A DNA stretch of 56,039 nt, counting the filler, from Squatina squatina (taxonomy: Eukaryota): NCBI GenBank assembly GCA_031763465.1. It is 3 parts of 3 records of this genome, joined end to end, with 100 filler letters (N's around TTAATTAATTAA, not from the genome) between each part and the next. Parts side by side here need not be neighbours in the genome. Positions count along the whole stretch, not along the records: positions 41,254 to 56,039 come from JARFOE010000121.1; 2 more parts are not named here. The stretch is one strand, 5' to 3'. A model generated the notes under the pieces. That model ran no database searches, was not told where the DNA came from, and was given only the letters and a program-made list of their open reading frames with translations. Position 1 is the stretch's first letter. Every line of letters begins with the position of its first letter. The translations under genes were made by a program, and so were the position numbers. Shown here in pieces: positions 50,940 to 56,039 of the stretch.

Positions 50940-51290
50940 ATATAAAAGCAAAACACTGTAGATGCTGGAAGTCTGAAATAAAAACAGAAAATGTTGGGAA
51001 TACTCATCAGGTCAGGCAGCATCTGTGGGGAGAGAACCATAGTTAACGTTTCAGGTCGACAACCCTTCTTCAGAACTGGAAGAAGTTAGAGATGTGACAG
51101 ATTTTTAGTGAGTGCAGGGGTAGGGGAAGTGTGGGGGAAGAAAGAACAAAAGGGAAGATCTGTGACGGGGTGGAAGACTGGAGTGATTAAATAAAAATGG
51201 GATGATGGTGCAAGGCAAAAGGGGTGGTAATGGGACAAGTAAAGAAAGAAAAGATGGTCTACAGGAGGTGTAAATGACAACAGCAGAATC
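50940..51290 (-). mobile_element. Penelope-like retroelement 3' terminus (pseudo-LTR), non-coding
   Basis: On - there is a pyrimidine-rich stretch, then the hammerhead motif, then cagatgctgcctgacctgatgagtattcccaacattttctgtttttatttcagacttccagcatc. The same terminus recurs at ~6320-6465, ~18985-19087 and ~20741-20838. The Penelope assignment rests on the hammerhead and on recalled shark repeats. Confidence 0.65.
51037..51079 (-). ncRNA. Candidate minimal type I hammerhead ribozyme within a Penelope-like terminus
   Basis: The minus strand reads cc-agtt CTGAAGA agggttgtcgacct GAAA CG TT aact(at)gg. It has the core CUGANGA and GAAA boxes, stem I agtt/aact, stem II agg..cct, and a palindromic AACGTT in place of stem III. 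Confidence 0.65.
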
Positions 51291-54200
51291 GTTACCACTG
51301 AGACCACTTGCCCAGTGTCAAACTCAGACAGAAGCTCATCTACTACAAGACATTTCACTTCCACCCCTCCCCCCTCCGGTCCCACTGGGGAATCCCTGAT
51401 CACTCAGCTTCCATTTACCAATCCGAGCTATCCCAGGGGCATCGGTACTGCTCAGAGGTGTTGGGAGAGCAGCAACACTTTCCTCGCTCAATTTGACACG
51501 TACAGTTATCTCCTGAAAGGCAGAGGAGGAAGGTTCCTCCGCCCCAACGCAACAAGGAGATTGTGGCAATGCTTCAGCTGTCCCTCACTGGGGCTGGAAA
51601 GGTCGTCGTCTCTNNNNNNNNNNNNNNNNNNNNNNNNNNNNNNNNNNNNNNNNNNNNNNNNNNNNNNNNNNNNNNNNNNNNNNNNNNNNNNNNNNNNNNN
51701 NNNNNNNNNNNNNCCAGCGGGTCGGGTTAAAATCACCCCCACTGCTTCTGTTTTCCTACAAAGAGTTCACGAGCACAATTGCATTAGCTTTATATAAATT
51801 CATCACTTGCCTGAAATAAAACCTTTGAAAATTCAGGCTCTAGGTTATTTAAGTTTTTTGGATAATAGTAAAGAACACATCAAAGTTTCAGGAGATGAGA
51901 GACCAACCCTTCAGCTCCTGTTGACGCACAGGTTGAAAACTCGGAAATTCGATGAACTACACCTGCTCAGAAGGCACAGATGTGATTGACAGCTCTTTCT
52001 TAATTGTTGTAAGTAAAAATATCCAGTCGAAGCTGGGCTGAGGCCCTCAAGTTAAAACTTTAATACATTAAAAGACAAGAAAGGCAGTTCAATAGATAGA
52101 TTTCATCATGGCAGATCAGAAATGTTCAGATGAAGGCTGAAAACCACCCAGTCACCATCTAGTAACTTGAGCATTGAACTAGCTTTATATAGATTAGCAG
52201 TTACAGGCTTTTGTGACTGAAAAACGTGACAAAGAATTGAGTACAGCAAATGAGAAAATCCTTATTACAGCACCACCTAGAGGTGTCACATGCAATTTTC
52301 TTTAGTTCATTCTCAGGATGTGGGCCATGTAATTGCCCTAAGATTTTTGTGGGGCATTGATGCAACTGAAGGGCTTGCGAGACCACTTCAGNNNNNNNNN
52401 NNNNNNNNNNNNNNNNNNNNNNNNNNNNNNNNNNNNNNNNNNNNNNNNNNNNNNNNNNNNNNNNNNNNNNNNNNNNNNNNNNNNNNNNNNNNNNNNNNNN
52501 NNNNNNNNNNNNNNNNNNNNNNNNNNNNNNNNNNNNNNNNNNNNNNNNNNNNNNNNNNNNNNNNNNNNNNNNNNNNNNNNNNNNNNNNNNNNNNNNNNNN
52601 NNNNNNNNNNNNNNNNNNNNNNNNNNNNNNNNNNNNNNNNNNNNNNNNNNNNNNNNNNNNNNNNNNNNNNNNNNNNNNNNNNNNNNNNNNNNNNNNNNNN
52701 NNNNNNNNNNNNNNNNNNNNNNNNNNNNNNNNNNNNNNNNNNNNNNNNNNNNNNNNNNNNNNNNNNNNNNNNNNNNNNNNNNNNNNNNNNNNNNNNNNNN
52801 NNNNNNNNNNNNNNNNNNNNNNNNNNNNNNNNNNNNNNNNNNNNNNNNNNNNNNNNNNNNNNNNNNNNNNNNNNNNNNNNNNNNNNNNNNNNNNNNNNNN
52901 NNNNNNNNNNNNNNNNNNNNNNNNNNNNNNNNNNNNNNNNNNNNNNNNNNNNNNNNNNNNNNNNNNNNNNNNNNNNNNNNNNNNNNNNNNNNNNNNNNNN
53001 NNNNNNNNNNNNNNNNNNNNNNNNNNNNNNNNNNNNNNNNNNNNNNNNNNNNNNNNNNNNNNNNNNNNNNNNNNNNNNNNNNNNNNNNNNNNNNNNNNNN
53101 NNNNNNNNNNNNNNNNNNNNNNNNNNNNNNNNNNNNNNNNNNNNNNNNNNNNNNNNNNNNNNNNNNNNNNNNNNNNNNNNNNNNNNNNNNNNNNNNNNNN
53201 NNNNNCAAAGATTCATAACCGTATATATATTTGTAATAACATGTGCACTGAGGTATACTTAGCAGTGTAAAGATCGGAACAGGAGTAAATTGTACAAATG
53301 TGGAATAGTCACTGAGCAAGATTAGACTCGAGGTCCTTCTGGGCATAAATACTTCCTGGGGGGAGGAATATGTTTTTGGGCAAGTATTTGGGAAGAGAAG
53401 AAACGTCTTTTTGGCAACAGATTACTTTCATCTACTAATTATTCTATTTTCAACCTTCTGGCAAATTTCATCAACAGAACCTGATCATTTATCCCTTCTG
53501 CTGATTGGCAACATCAAGCACATCCTTAAAGAATAGATATGAAGGAGAAAAACAGACCACCATGTTGTGTTGTTGTGCTCAGCTTCCCAGTTGCTAATGG
53601 CTTCCCTCAGCTGCTGTGTGCTCTATCTACTTAGATTATCACAGACTTCTCCGACTGTCTCAAAGTACTTAAAGTCCCAGTGAGATAGAAAATCACTGGT
53701 CTCAAGTTGAATGCGACCACCATGGATTTCAATGCCATTTACCAGTTAAAAATTCCAGGCACATGGCCTTGTGCCAAATATCGCAGAGCTGATGAGGCAG
53801 AGAACCACGTCCCATCCAAACTGATGAGCACTTGCACTGCTTTAATGAAAGATATGGCGGAATACTAAACAAAAAGGTGGAAAGACTTTGGTTGACAAGA
53901 GTGATTGGCCCACCAAAGGGACACGAAAGCTTATCTTCCCATCAAGCCCCATTATGAAAAATCCCTGTCATCAACTCATTCGAAGTCCAAGTTGGGAACA
54001 TCTCCAAGCTGAACAATTATCAAAGGGTAAAAGATAATTAAATCTGCCTCTAACTTGTAGTCAACTCTAGTATCCCTACTTTTCCTTAGAATGGAGCCCC
54101 GTGCTCTATCTCTGGATAAGGTAGAGTGACAGGATACTACATTTGCTGAGGTGTCGTTTAAAGTTCCAAGTTTGATTTTGGAAGTGCCCCTAAATGTAGC

Positions 54201-54359
54201 GAGTTGAATCAAGATCAAGCACCAGGAAGTTAGACAGCTAATTCAAAAAGATTAAATCTGCAGATCCATAGACTGCTGGCCATCTATTGAGTTGCTCCTG
54301 TCAACCAGTGTTTCCCAGCTGAATGGAAAGCAACAGTTATTGTGCTTATCCACCAGAAA

Positions 54360-54486
54360 CTCAAGACTCCAACAACGACAGATTGGTATCTCCACTGCTA
54401 ATTACATCAATGTCAGTGGAAGCCATACTGAATGAGAAGATACAGCGACGTTTCAATCAAAACAACCTATCTGATAGCCAGTTTTA
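54360..54486 (+). mobile_element. Highly degenerate LINE reverse transcriptase remnant (CR1/L2 type)
   Basis: NDRLVSPLLITSMSVEAILNEKIQRRFNQNNLSDSQF resembles the RT N-terminal pattern NYRPISLL...K.ME.I.N..I...L..NNLLSD.QFGF. Confidence 0.5.
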
Positions 54487-54504
54487 CCTCAGCAACAATA
54501 TCAA

Positions 54505-54763
54505 CTTGAATTTATATAGCATCCTTAGTGTAGAAGGATATCCCAATGTGCCTCACAGAGCTGTAAAAAAGCTTTGGATGCTGAGCCAAAGATCGTGGAA
54601 AGGTAACCAAATGGTCAAAGAGGTGGGTTTTAAGGATGGTCTTAAAAGAGGAGAGGGAGGTGGAGAGACAGATGGATTCAGGGAGGGAATTCCAGATTAT
54701 GGGCTGCAGGTTGCTGAAAGCACAGCTGCCAGTGATGGGGCAAAGGAAGGGAGGGATACACAT
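54505..54763 (-). mobile_element. L2-clade LINE 3' end
   Basis: The minus frame gives GSCAFSNLQPIIWNSLPESICLSTSLSSFKTILKTHLF, the typical L2 ORF2 C-terminus, followed by a gctatataaat-like tail. A related piece lies at 54864-54960. Confidence 0.8.
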
Positions 54764-56039
54764 NNNNNNNNNNNNNNNNNNNNNNNNNNNNNNNNNNNNN
54801 NNNNNNNNNNNNNNNNNNNNNNNNNNNNNNNNNNNNNNNNNNNNNNNNNNNNNNNNNNNNNNNGTAAAATGTCCCACGGCGCTTCACAGGAGCGTTATCA
54901 AACAAAATTTCACATCAAGCCACATAACGAGATACTAGGGCAGATGACCAAATGCTTGGTCATCCCCTTTAAGAAGTGCTGACTGCCTTTAAGTCGCGCT
55001 GGCCACTCACCATATCGGGCCCCTAGTTAATGCGTGCAGCCAATAAACAGCACAGGTGGCGCTTGCTGCATGCAAAGAGCAGGCAGCACCAATTTAATCC
55101 CCATGCCCCTTAGAGGATTATCCAATTTAACCCACAAAATCTGCTGTGAATCCATTGAGAGAAAATGGTCCTTTGCAAGCCCAGTATCATGACAAGCAGG
55201 CAATAATTCATGCTTTAACTGTGCGTTACAGCGCATGACATGGAGAAAATGGCAGCATGTCTTATTTTAGTTAGGTCAGCCCCTTCATGTGGTTTAATTG
55301 ATGCTTTAGGCATTGTATGGTTCAATTTAAATGCAAACTTTATAAAGGTAGAACTGCTGCCAAAGCAACCATACTAAAGCTAACAGTGATCACGCAGTAA
55401 CCTCAAAACACTTCTGGTCCATATTTCCACAGGTATAATGTCACACTAACAAAATGAAATCAAAACACAATATCAATTGATTTTTGTTGACCTTTTAAAA
55501 AAATTACAAAAACGCTCATTAATTTTTGTTTTGTCAGTTGAGTTGTAAACTATTGCAAGTATAACAAATTGAATATGTCACCGTCAGCCATGTGATATGA
55601 TAAATATCACCACGCATGAGGTGACCATAACTCACTTACAACTTTCTCATTTGAGAGTTCTCTCATCAAGCTACAGGAGTAAAGATATATATCGTTTGTT
55701 ATGACATATCCCCTCTTTTATATCTAAAAACAATTCAAAGAAAATAAAGTAAAGCAACTCATAAAACAACAGGGCAAGGCCGGCTGTGGCTCGGAAACAG
55801 GTATGAAAGAATGTCTGCAAAATATGTGTCAAGGAAGGGAAAGAAAGATCTTGCGGCAAAGATGAGATATTGCACACTTCAGCTGGTGCTAGGATTTAGG
55901 TGCGGCAGAAGTCATACAGCCAGCATCCAGAGCACGCCAAGGAAATCTGTTGTGAAATTCAGGTGACAGTACACTTTAGAGGTAACTCTGTGACCCACCA
56001 TCCTGACCAAGGTGTGGTGACCATAGGGTGCACAACTGG

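Noticed and set aside
51315-51613. Possible Harbinger Myb/SANT-like ORF remnant
   Set aside because: The similarity is too vague to support without a profile search.
52201-53346. Long ORFs of 292-381 aa, and similar ones at 12056-12730 and 13102-13710
   Set aside because: They consist almost entirely of X from N gaps and are artefacts.

Overview
Eukaryotic DNA from a vertebrate, most likely a shark or other elasmobranch (inferred from the repeat families), taken from a fragmented draft assembly. The window has many N gaps, many of them exactly 100 N, and two artificial N44-TTAATTAATTAA-N44 spacers, so it is probably a mosaic of loci. Host coding sequence I can support is limited to two consecutive FOXP2 exons on + (equivalent to human exons 7 and 8) and the last coding exon of a tubby (TUB) gene on -. 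The rest is intronic or intergenic, with RTE, CR1 and L2 LINE fragments, Deu-domain SINEs, a second old SINE family, Harbinger-like MITEs, Penelope-like termini and a U6 snRNA pseudogene. Most ORFs in the supplied track are spurious or span gaps. The best leads are: a minimal hammerhead ribozyme motif in a Penelope-like terminus (intact at 51037-51079, disabled in a FOXP2 intron); a possibly permuted U6 fragment abutting a CR1 tail; the FOXP2 residues at the two human-specific sites; and a candidate orphan first exon in CpG-rich DNA. I see no convincing wholly new multi-gene system. All family assignments come from recalled consensus features, not from database searches.
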